From an uncultured Pelagibacteraceae bacterium (GTDB lineage Bacteria > Pseudomonadota > Alphaproteobacteria > Pelagibacterales > Pelagibacteraceae), in the NCBI GenBank assembly GCA_902606075.1, contig CACLEU010000001.1, forward strand, positions 16,356 to 80,355: DNA of 64,000 bases, read 5' to 3'. The notes beneath the pieces are model-generated. The model had not been told where the DNA came from. It did not search any database and was given only the letters and a program-made list of their open reading frames with translations. This document shows positions 23,369 to 31,179 of the stretch, one piece after another (positions within the stretch are counted from its first letter, which is position 1; each line of letters begins with the position of its first letter). Position numbers and translations under genes: made by a program.

Positions 23369-23683
23369 TTAATGATTTGTATAAGCATCCGGATAGTTAG
23401 TTAAATGTTCATCTGAAATTGGTATCATTACAGCACTTTCTACAACAGCACCTGCTTCTCTTCTTTTCTCGGCAAGTTCCTTATCATCTTTAAAAGCTTG
23501 GAGTGCTTCCATATTTGGAAATTGCATTACTGTATGAAGTTTTGTCGGGTCATCTTTTTGTGTGCCTGCAAAAACAAATTTTATTCCATGCTCTTTTAAT
23601 TTTCCATCCTGTGCATAGACCATCTCTTTCCATGTTTTAAATCCTTTAGTAATTGTAATTTCACCTTTTACTAATATTGCCAT
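23369..23683 (-). CDS. Small dimeric alpha-beta barrel protein (DUF3764-like)
   Basis: FKTW..GIK..GTQKDDPTK..MQFPNMEAL..RREAGA pattern; strong SD (AAGGAG) upstream. Confidence 0.6.
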   Translation of the reverse strand: MAILVKGEITITKGFKTWKEMVYAQDGKLKEHGIKFVFAGTQKDDPTKLHTVMQFPNMEALQAFKDDKELAEKRREAGAVVESAVMIPISDEHLTNYPDAYTNH

Positions 23684-23736
23684 ATGAATCTCCTTATTTA
23701 ATTTTTAAAATTATTTAATTATTAAAACCCTACCAC

Positions 23737-23754
23737 TGTGCCAGGATTGTGACC
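23737..23754 (+). repeat. TGTGCCAGGAT-TGTGACC, second copy of the Thr-element repeat
   Basis: Same unit and orientation as 22441-22471; 53 bp before the tRNA fragment. Confidence 0.8.
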
Positions 23755-23807
23755 ATACCAAATATATTTTAAAAATATTGTTGCAAACAAATGTTTATTT
23801 AAACTTT

Positions 23808-23850
23808 AGCAATTGATTTGTAATCAATAGGTCCGCAGTTCGAGTCCATG
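23808..23850 (+). pseudogene. Partial tRNA-Thr copy (att-like)
   Basis: AGCAATTGATTTGTAATCAATAGGTCCGC 29-bp exact match, then degenerate T-arm; no acceptor stem or CCA. Confidence 0.9.
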
Positions 23851-23869
23851 AGGTCACAATAATAAAAAT

Positions 23870-24556
23870 TTAAAATTTATACACTTCTTTTAGTATTTTT
23901 TTTTTTTTAAAGTCAGGTTCTCTTCCAAAAATATCAAAAAAAATGATTTTCAAAATATCTTTATAGTGTCGAAATCCCTTTTCATTACCGATATTAGAAA
24001 ATTCAAAACTCGATAAGTTTATTTTTGAAGGGTCTTTAATTGAAGATATTTTAATGAAAGCTGTTCCATTATTGATAAAAATTTTTAATATTAAAAAGTT
24101 TTTATCTTTTTTTTTTTGAGGCCATATTTTATCAGGTAATTTTTCATTAATCTTTTTTGCAACTCCTATATTATCTTCAATAATAATTTTTTCTTTATTT
24201 TCATCATTCCCTTGAGTTTCATTTTTTTTTACTACTAACTCTAAATAGAAATTTGGATCTTCTATTACTAAATTATTAATAATAATCAATTCATCTAAAA
24301 AATATGTCATTAGATCAATATTGAAATTAATTTCATCAGACTCAAAAATATTTTTATAATTAATTGGGTTAGAATTAATTATTTTTAAACCTTTAATATT
24401 TATTAAATTAGGATATTCGAAACTAAATTCCTTAAAAGTTACATCTTTTTCTACCCACTTGGATAATTTATAATTTATATAGCTTCCTATTATTTTGTCA
24501 TGAAATACTACTAAAATTAATATAATTATGGCACTAATTCCAACAATTTTTTTCAC
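23870..24556 (-). CDS. Hypothetical membrane-anchored protein (AsmA-like beta-rich)
   Basis: N-terminal TM; IKGLKIIN, IIINNLVIEDPNFYLE pattern; GTG start. Confidence 0.55.
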   Translation of the reverse strand: MKKIVGISAIIILILVVFHDKIIGSYINYKLSKWVEKDVTFKEFSFEYPNLINIKGLKIINSNPINYKNIFESDEINFNIDLMTYFLDELIIINNLVIEDPNFYLELVVKKNETQGNDENKEKIIIEDNIGVAKKINEKLPDKIWPQKKKDKNFLILKIFINNGTAFIKISSIKDPSKINLSSFEFSNIGNEKGFRHYKDILKIIFFDIFGREPDFKKKKILKEVYKF

Positions 24557-24557
24557 T

Positions 24558-24640
24558 TTAAAATGTTTCTTTTCTCAATTGTTTTATTTTTATTTGAAGA
24601 CTTCTATTAGAGTCATGAAGTAAATTAAAGTTTATTTTTT
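24558..24640 (-). pseudogene. Relic duplicate of the nadK 3' end
   Basis: 24593-24640 matches 25298-25345 at 45/48; translates KINFNLLHDSNRSLQIKIKQLRKETF* versus nadK KIKFNLLYDSNRSLQKKIKLEQLKNETS*. Confidence 0.88.
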
Positions 24641-25270
24641 GGGTAATTTTAAATAAAAATTTTTAACAAAATTCTTAAAAGTTTTTTTTTTAAAAATAAC
24701 CTTTTTCTCTTCTAATAATTTAAAATTTTCTTTTTTAGTAATCACAGCATATCCAGAACCCTCAAAAAAAAACTCTAAGCTAAAATTCTCTATATTAGAA
24801 TTATAAATTTCTAGAACTTTATTAAAAGTATTATAATTAGTCATAGCAACATAAGAGTTTTCTTTTTTTTTATTAACAACATAAGGTAACCAACTCACAT
24901 CATCTATTATACATATCCCTCCTACTTTTAAAAATTTATAATAATTGAAAAATACTTTTTTTACATGATTTGGTTCATGTAGAGAATCTATAAATAATAT
25001 ATCTAGTGGTTTCTTAATTTTAGGGTTAATTATATCAAATTCATCATCACTAGCTTTAATAAATTCCCATCTTGAATTATTGCTAACTTGTGAACAATCA
25101 ATTATATCAACGGAGATTAAATTACCGTTATTTAGATCACATATTTCTAAGAATATTTTTGTTGAATTTCCTTGAGCTACACCAAGTTCTAATATTTGTA
25201 TGTTATTAATGTTGCTAATCTTTTTTTTTAAAAATTCATGTTTGCTATTTAAAATATTATGATGTCTCAT
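24632..25270 (-). CDS. Class I SAM-dependent methyltransferase (Methyltransf_24-like)
   Basis: ILELGVAQGNST, SVDI, DILFIDSLH, LKVGGICIIDD; likely start MRHH at 25270. Confidence 0.85.
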   Translation of the reverse strand: MRHHNILNSKHEFLKKKISNINNIQILELGVAQGNSTKIFLEICDLNNGNLISVDIIDCSQVSNNSRWEFIKASDDEFDIINPKIKKPLDILFIDSLHEPNHVKKVFFNYYKFLKVGGICIIDDVSWLPYVVNKKKENSYVAMTNYNTFNKVLEIYNSNIENFSLEFFFEGSGYAVITKKENFKLLEEKKVIFKKKTFKNFVKNFYLKLPKK

Positions 25271-26018
25271 TTTTAAGCTGTTCAAGTTTTATTTTTTTTT
25301 GAAGACTTCTATTAGAGTCATATAGTAAATTAAACTTTATTTTTTTATTAATCTTAATAACAATTTTCTTTGCATTGCGAACTTCATTGTTATCAGCTAC
25401 TGCACTGACAGGTCTTTTGATTGGATTTAAGTTATTTATATTTATAACTGATTTATCACTAATAACTTTACCCTTCCATCTTCTTGGTCGAAAAGCACTA
25501 ATTGGTGCAATTGAGAGTTTTTTTGAATTTAAACTTAAAATTGGACCATAAACAGACATATTATAGGCGGTACTTCCAGCTGGAGTAGATACTAAAATTC
25601 CATCAGAGATTAAATTTTTGATAATTTTTTGTTTACCAGAATAAACACTTAAATTTGCAGCTTGTCTACTTTGTCTTAAAATTGACACTTCATTAATTGC
25701 TATATATTTTTTTGTATTATTTTTATTATTCTTAACAGTCATTTCCAATGGAGAAATTGAAACTGTTTTTGATTTAGTAAAATTTCTCACAAAATTTTTT
25801 GATGAAAATTTGTTCATCAAAAAACCATAGTTACCTGAATTTACACCATAAAATAATCTTTTAGATTTTTTATTTTTTTTTAATGTTTGAAGCATAAAAC
25901 CATCGCCCCCAATCACTAATATTGTATTTGATTTTTTTAATTTAATTTTTTTTAATATGTTTAATAAAGATTTTTTAATCCTTAACGAGCTTAAATTTTT
26001 ATCTGAAATAATTTTCAT
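25257..26018 (-). CDS. nadK: NAD kinase
   Basis: GGDGFML, GFL, NE, DGILVSTPAGSTAY. Confidence 0.95.
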   Translation of the reverse strand: MKIISDKNLSSLRIKKSLLNILKKIKLKKSNTILVIGGDGFMLQTLKKNKKSKRLFYGVNSGNYGFLMNKFSSKNFVRNFTKSKTVSISPLEMTVKNNKNNTKKYIAINEVSILRQSRQAANLSVYSGKQKIIKNLISDGILVSTPAGSTAYNMSVYGPILSLNSKKLSIAPISAFRPRRWKGKVISDKSVININNLNPIKRPVSAVADNNEVRNAKKIVIKINKKIKFNLLYDSNRSLQKKIKLEQLKNETS

Positions 26019-26022
26019 TTAA

Positions 26023-26991
26023 TTAAATATATTTACGATCTTTAACTAATTTCAATTTTTTTTCCACACAAGAATAAAACAAACATCCAAAACTAACACT
26101 TAAAATTAAACAGATTATTGATAAAAATGTATTATTAATTTCTACATTTAAAAACGTAACTACTTTATAGAAACCAGGAATTGTTAACATTTGTAAAAGA
26201 TATATGCTATATGAAGCGTCACCTAAATATAAAAAAAACTTATTTTTAATCTGTTTACTGTATATTGCGCCAATAACAATCAATGTAGCAGGCAATCCCC
26301 AAATTATGAATCTATCATAATTAATTATTTTACCGTTTGTATTAATTGACATAATTAAAGTCAAAATTCCCACGGTTAAAATTATATGTCCAAGATGATG
26401 ATTAACTTTTCTAAATTTAACATATAAATATCCCGTGATTACACCTAAAAAAAATTCTAAAAAATACAATTTATAACTAACTAAAAAAATAAGTAACATC
26501 ATGAAAAAAATTGCAACAACAATTCTATTTAATGTTTTGAAATATAAAGCTATACCAAAAATTAAATAAAACAACATTTCCCACTCTAATGTCCATCCCA
26601 AATTGATTATCGGATTAGAATTATTCAATAATTGAGAAATGAACAAAAAAGATGAAACAGAACTTTTAACATCTACTAAAAGGGATCTAAATATACCAGG
26701 AAAAAGTAAGTATATAATTATAATAAAACTGGTTATTAACCAGTACACTGGAACAATTCTTAAAATTCTTGATTTATAAAATTTAAAAATTGTTTTTGGA
26801 TTGATAGCTTGAGTGTAAATCATAACAAACCCTGAGATTACAAAAAAAATATCAACACCATTTGCTCCCCAATCTCCTACAATAGGAAATATAATAGTTG
26901 GTTTTCCATAGCTTTCACCTCCTATCAAAACATGCAAGTAAACCACGTTAATTGCAGCAAAAGCTCTAAGAAGCTGAAGGTTATTTATCAT
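26023..26991 (-). CDS. Membrane O-acyltransferase (acyltransferase-3/OafA family)
   Basis: LQLLRAFAA..H, GVDIFFVISGF, RILRIVPVYW, WTLEWEMLFY, GDASYSIYL. Confidence 0.9.
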   Translation of the reverse strand: MINNLQLLRAFAAINVVYLHVLIGGESYGKPTIIFPIVGDWGANGVDIFFVISGFVMIYTQAINPKTIFKFYKSRILRIVPVYWLITSFIIIIYLLFPGIFRSLLVDVKSSVSSFLFISQLLNNSNPIINLGWTLEWEMLFYLIFGIALYFKTLNRIVVAIFFMMLLIFLVSYKLYFLEFFLGVITGYLYVKFRKVNHHLGHIILTVGILTLIMSINTNGKIINYDRFIIWGLPATLIVIGAIYSKQIKNKFFLYLGDASYSIYLLQMLTIPGFYKVVTFLNVEINNTFLSIICLILSVSFGCLFYSCVEKKLKLVKDRKYI

Positions 26992-26996
26992 CGAAG

Positions 26997-27082
26997 TGGT
27001 GCCCTCGGCCAGACTCGAACTGGCACTCCATAAATGGCAAGGATTTTAAGTCCTTTGTGTCTACCAATTTCACCACGAGGGC
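26997..27082 (-). tRNA. tRNA-Leu(TAA)
   Basis: GCCCTCGTGGTGAAATTGGTAGACACAAAGGACTTAAAATCCTT, variable arm, GTTCGAGTC, GGGCACCA; 86 nt. Confidence 0.97.
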
Positions 27083-27166
27083 ATTAATGAATTTCATGAG
27101 TATTTATGCTAATATTTATAATTCAACAAGTGTAATAAGTAAAATTTTTTTTATTTATCTCTTTAG

Positions 27167-27184
27167 GTACAAGTCTAGTACAAG
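27167..27184 (+). repeat. GTACAAG-N4-GTACAAG putative arm-site pair
   Basis: GTACAAGTCTAGTACAAG; related pairs at 29376/29387, 29434/29445, 29702/29713 and 31092/31103. Confidence 0.75.
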
Positions 27185-27222
27185 TTTTCCCATATTATCC
27201 TATAGAGTTTTAATTAAATTTA

Positions 27223-29352
27223 TTAAAATGTTCTTGCAACTTCTATGGTTGCACCATAATCAGGTATTTCTTTCATCAAGCTATAATTTGAGCTCATTCT
27301 GATATCAAAACCATTTAAATCTCTCTTATAACTTAAAGATGCATTGTCATTATCTAAACTCATAGCATATTCGATATCGTCAGTTGGTATATAACCAAAA
27401 CCTAAATATAAAGTATCGCTATGAGCATTATCACTTTGATTTCTTTCATAGATAGTCATTACAGAAAAACCGTTTTCAGTAATTAAATCAAATCCAATGT
27501 TTGCTCTTATATTCTTTGAGTCTTGATCAATAGATTTAGTATATTCTGTAGTTTCAGAAAGATAACGATATTTGGCATCTGAAGATGGGCTAAAATCTAA
27601 ACCAATCTCTAAACCTCCATGTGGTTTAAATGTCATAGTGTTTAAATTAATAATATCGCTTACTGTAAAACCGGTGGATATCATTCCTGTTTCAATTATT
27701 TGTTTATTGTACACCAATGCAGTAGTTCCTTTTTCTCTATATTTGGATAGTTCTGTATAGCTAAGATCAATTCTTAAATTAGGTACAATATTAAAGTTTT
27801 CTTTTTTATATGTTTTTAAATAATTAATTGATCCGAATACTTGTGCTCCGTCTCTTTCTCCAGTTCTAGTATATAAATCACCTTTTCTAACATGATCAGT
27901 CTTCAAAGTACTAATTCCAAGAATACCCTCAGTAAATCTTTTATCATCATGAAGAAAAGTTCCATAAAGAGATAAACTATAAGAATCAGTATCTAAAGAT
28001 GTCCCAGATGTACCTATATCAACATCATCATTGCCAAATCGAAGAGCATATCCATACATTTTGTTTTCACTAATTTTTTTATCCATTCCAATTGTAATAC
28101 CTTTACTATCAATTTTTTTTGATGATGAAGAAGATGTGTCACCTACTCTACCAACACTAACGCTACCTTCGCTCCAAAATGACCAATTATCAGATATTTT
28201 ATCTAAAATATCATTTGTTTTGTTAGATACTGGAATAACTTTTGAAAGAGATGCCATCATTGAATTTGAAAAGTTAAATTTAATATTTTGATTACTTAAT
28301 TTATCTTCATTTCTATAACGTCTTAACCAATACATACGATTAAGAACTGGAGTGCTTGCTTGAATAGCAATTTGTTTAGCTGTTGCTGTTTGAGATTCAA
28401 TTGAACTTGAAATATCTTTACCTTCATCACTTGTATCAGCCGGATCATCACAAGCACCATCAACTACACTCCAATTACAGCTTAGATTAAATTCAAAAAC
28501 TTTATTATTGGTATTACCAATGAAAAACATTTTACTTCCATCATGACTAAACGCAACTTCTCTTGCATCAGTATCATGAGAATTTACATTATAGGTACCT
28601 TCAAGGGAGTAAGTAGAAACATCATAAGGTGTAGTTAATTTAAACTGAGAAACCTGATTGGTTGTATTATCAATGGTATACATTTTAGTACCATCGTGAT
28701 TAAAAGTAACTCCATCTAAGTAAGTGTGAAAAGAACTTAAGTCTTCAGTATTAAGATGTGTAACTCCTGAGCTAAGATCAAATGCTGTATCTAGTGAATA
28801 TTCATTAAGGTGATGTTGAGTATTATTTCCTACACCAGCAATAATCATTCTGGTACCATCATTATTAAATGCAACGGAAGTTAATCTTACTTCTTTACTA
28901 GAAACATCATATCTACCCTCAAGTGAAGCAGTTGAAACATCAAATGCAGTGGTTAGTGACCAGTAATCTATATTATTAGAACCATGGTCAGCAATAAACA
29001 TTTTTGTTCCATCGTTATTAAACACTACTTGGTTTGGTATAAGTGTATCACCACCTCCATGAGTTGCTACTACATGTACTGTTTTAGTATTGTTTAAGGT
29101 TGCTGTTGAAATATCATAAGCAGTAGTTAATACATATTCGTAAACATTATCAGCTTGTAGGCCACCACCATTCTTATCATATTGTGTAGTATACATTTTG
29201 GTACCATCATTATTAAATGTTAATCCAAATTCTCCGTTGTCTGCATTTATTGATTTACTTCGTACAAAGGTTGGCTCCGCTATAGCTTTAGAAAGAAATA
29301 AAGCTAAAAAAAATACAATATAATGAATTTTAAAAAATTTTTTTACAACCAT
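27223..29352 (-). CDS. Autotransporter-like outer membrane protein with five ~50-aa beta-propeller-type repeats
   Basis: Signal peptide; 5 repeats FNNDGTKM..Y.LTTA(F/Y)DVSTA; C-terminal beta barrel starting WSFWSEG, terminal Phe. Confidence 0.82.
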   Translation of the reverse strand: MVVKKFFKIHYIVFFLALFLSKAIAEPTFVRSKSINADNGEFGLTFNNDGTKMYTTQYDKNGGGLQADNVYEYVLTTAYDISTATLNNTKTVHVVATHGGGDTLIPNQVVFNNDGTKMFIADHGSNNIDYWSLTTAFDVSTASLEGRYDVSSKEVRLTSVAFNNDGTRMIIAGVGNNTQHHLNEYSLDTAFDLSSGVTHLNTEDLSSFHTYLDGVTFNHDGTKMYTIDNTTNQVSQFKLTTPYDVSTYSLEGTYNVNSHDTDAREVAFSHDGSKMFFIGNTNNKVFEFNLSCNWSVVDGACDDPADTSDEGKDISSSIESQTATAKQIAIQASTPVLNRMYWLRRYRNEDKLSNQNIKFNFSNSMMASLSKVIPVSNKTNDILDKISDNWSFWSEGSVSVGRVGDTSSSSSKKIDSKGITIGMDKKISENKMYGYALRFGNDDVDIGTSGTSLDTDSYSLSLYGTFLHDDKRFTEGILGISTLKTDHVRKGDLYTRTGERDGAQVFGSINYLKTYKKENFNIVPNLRIDLSYTELSKYREKGTTALVYNKQIIETGMISTGFTVSDIINLNTMTFKPHGGLEIGLDFSPSSDAKYRYLSETTEYTKSIDQDSKNIRANIGFDLITENGFSVMTIYERNQSDNAHSDTLYLGFGYIPTDDIEYAMSLDNDNASLSYKRDLNGFDIRMSSNYSLMKEIPDYGATIEVARTF

Positions 29353-29433
29353 TGATGTATTATAAACTTATTAAAGTTCAGGTTTAGTGTAAGACTACCC
29401 AGAATGGGTTATGGCTTTATTTTATCCCTTTAA

Positions 29434-29460
29434 GTACAAGTTCAGTACAAGTCTGTTCAA
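29434..29460 (+). repeat. GTACAAG x2 plus degenerate third copy
   Basis: GTACAAGTTCA GTACAAGTCT GTTCAA. Confidence 0.75.
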
Positions 29461-29530
29461 ATTAATTAAGTTTTATTTTCTAATCTTAATAGAAAGCTAA
29501 ATTAAAGTTATGTGATTTTATAGGAGGTTT

Positions 29531-29560
29531 TAGACTGTCTTGGACTACTATGGACTGACT
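29531..29560 (+). repeat. 10-bp-period T(A/G)GACT repeats
   Basis: TAGACTGTCT TGGACTACTA TGGACTGACT. Confidence 0.7.
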
Positions 29561-29579
29561 TTAACTTCTATCCCTCGGC

Positions 29580-29618
29580 TTTTAAGTCCTTTGTGTCTAC
29601 CAATTTCACCACGAGGGC
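29580..29618 (-). pseudogene. 5' half of tRNA-Leu (att-like); its upstream region is also duplicated to ~29720
   Basis: Identical to 27044-27082; ends at the anticodon loop; no T-arm or CCA. Confidence 0.92.
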
Positions 29619-29754
29619 ATTAATGAATTTCATGAGTGTTTATGCTAATATTTATAATTCAACAAGAGGAATAAGTAAAATTTTTTATTTTATCTCTCTA
29701 TGTACGAGGTATGTACGAGAGATCCTATATAATCCCTCATAAAATCATAAATAA

Positions 29755-31071
29755 TTAATTTAATAAATATTTATTTACGTTTTCCTTAAATATTTTTAAA
29801 GTTTTTTCGTAAGCAACTTGATTTTTTTTATTAAGTGATGATCCGTATCCCCAACAAATTTTCATTGAGTGATCATAAAGTTTCTTGTCTCCTTTATTAC
29901 CAAACCATCCACCATTAGCTGAAATATTAAACCATTTACTTTTATCTTTAGGTCTTACCCAAATCTGTCCATTATTATCAGTATATACTCTGCATTCAGA
30001 ACTTATCTTTATTCCATCTTCAAAATTAGATCCTGTCTTATCATAAAAATGGGTTGTGTTTTTGAAAACAATAATTTGTTTGTTTGTTTTCTTTAGATCT
30101 TTTTGAGTCACAATATATTCTTCACAAAGATTATGTGGTAGATAATCCTTATCGCCCATTAGTATCAATAATGGAGCATCTGTAGTTTTAGTATTCTCAT
30201 AATGATAACAGAAGGGATATAATGCGAGATGTAATTTAAAATTATTTTTTGGTTTGATGACATCTAAATTAAAATAATTTTGAGTTTCAATTGCAACAGT
30301 TCCTCCCCAACTCCACCCCATTATACCAATTTTAGTCGAGTCAACGCTTTTGTTTTTAGATAATATATCTAAAGCTCTTAACGAATCTAAAGCTCCTACA
30401 TGAGGAGATATCCATGATATTTTTTTTGATCTATCATAAAAGTTTTTATCGTAACCTCTTGATTTAAATATAAATGGTTCAAATGTGGCAATACACATGT
30501 CATGCAATATATGTTTGTAATCAGTCATAATTCTTCCACCTGAATGGTGAATCAAAAACATAACCGGATATTTTTTTATACCTTTACATTTTTTTTGGAC
30601 AGGAAATATAAGGTTACCAAAGCCTTTAATCTTTTTATTATCTTCAAGTCCATCAAATATATCATCTTGTATAAAGATATCATTTGTATTAAATTTTATT
30701 TTTTTAACTTTGCTTTTCGCTTTTTTGCAATCTGTAATGACATCTTCAATTTTCTTGTTACCATATTTTTTATTAATTGAATTTTTGTGGTAGTGAGTGC
30801 TTTTGACTGGAAATGCATCATTGTGAGTAGCGTACCAACGCCAATCATTTTTTTTTCCTTTTCTTAAATGAACACTTAATAATTCTCCTTTTGATAAAGG
30901 GATTGTGATTGAAGCCCACATTCCATTATCCTTAACCCATTCGCTGGTTATTCTAACATTTTGGTTTACTTTACAAACTTCCAATATTTCATTTTTTAAC
31001 CATTTAAATGGAACAGCGTAAGAATTGGTAGAAAATATACTAAAAATTAAAAGATAATATAAAATTTTCAT
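29755..31071 (-). CDS. Secreted alpha/beta hydrolase (dienelactone hydrolase-like) with N-terminal extra domain
   Basis: Signal peptide, HHSGG, KIGIMGWSWGG nucleophile elbow, ALYPFC, LILMGDKD, TTHFYD. Confidence 0.8.
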   Translation of the reverse strand: MKILYYLLIFSIFSTNSYAVPFKWLKNEILEVCKVNQNVRITSEWVKDNGMWASITIPLSKGELLSVHLRKGKKNDWRWYATHNDAFPVKSTHYHKNSINKKYGNKKIEDVITDCKKAKSKVKKIKFNTNDIFIQDDIFDGLEDNKKIKGFGNLIFPVQKKCKGIKKYPVMFLIHHSGGRIMTDYKHILHDMCIATFEPFIFKSRGYDKNFYDRSKKISWISPHVGALDSLRALDILSKNKSVDSTKIGIMGWSWGGTVAIETQNYFNLDVIKPKNNFKLHLALYPFCYHYENTKTTDAPLLILMGDKDYLPHNLCEEYIVTQKDLKKTNKQIIVFKNTTHFYDKTGSNFEDGIKISSECRVYTDNNGQIWVRPKDKSKWFNISANGGWFGNKGDKKLYDHSMKICWGYGSSLNKKNQVAYEKTLKIFKENVNKYLLN

Positions 31072-31179
31072 ATTTAATTTTATACTTTTCTGTGTGAGAC
31101 TTGTACGAGAATCTTAGAAATCATTAAACAAAGAATGATTAATTTTATTATTTTGATCATTATTCTAGTTTTCTATAAT

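Larger units (their letters stand above)
22324..23850. mobile_element. Integrase-less 1484-bp integrated element at the tRNA-Thr 3' half
   Basis: tRNA 22324-22366 is repeated at 23808-23850 (40/43 identical); the same 11-bp repeat lies inside both ends; three cargo ORFs. Confidence 0.8.
27044..29579. mobile_element. Integrase-less 2536-bp single-gene cassette integrated in the tRNA-Leu anticodon loop
   Basis: Direct repeat 27044-~27185 vs 29580-~29720 begins exactly at the anticodon loop; GTACAAG pairs inside both ends. Confidence 0.82.

Noticed and set aside
27057-27302. 81-aa + strand ORF
   Set aside because: Overlaps tRNA-Leu, the att repeat and the autotransporter stop; no recognisable features
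29580-29618. Second functional tRNA-Leu, or a split or intron-containing tRNA
   Set aside because: Only the 5' half is present, an intact copy exists at 26997-27082, and no separate 3' half or intron structure was found
22378-31110. Prophage or IS element
   Set aside because: No integrase, transposase, terminase or structural genes; no terminal inverted repeats seen
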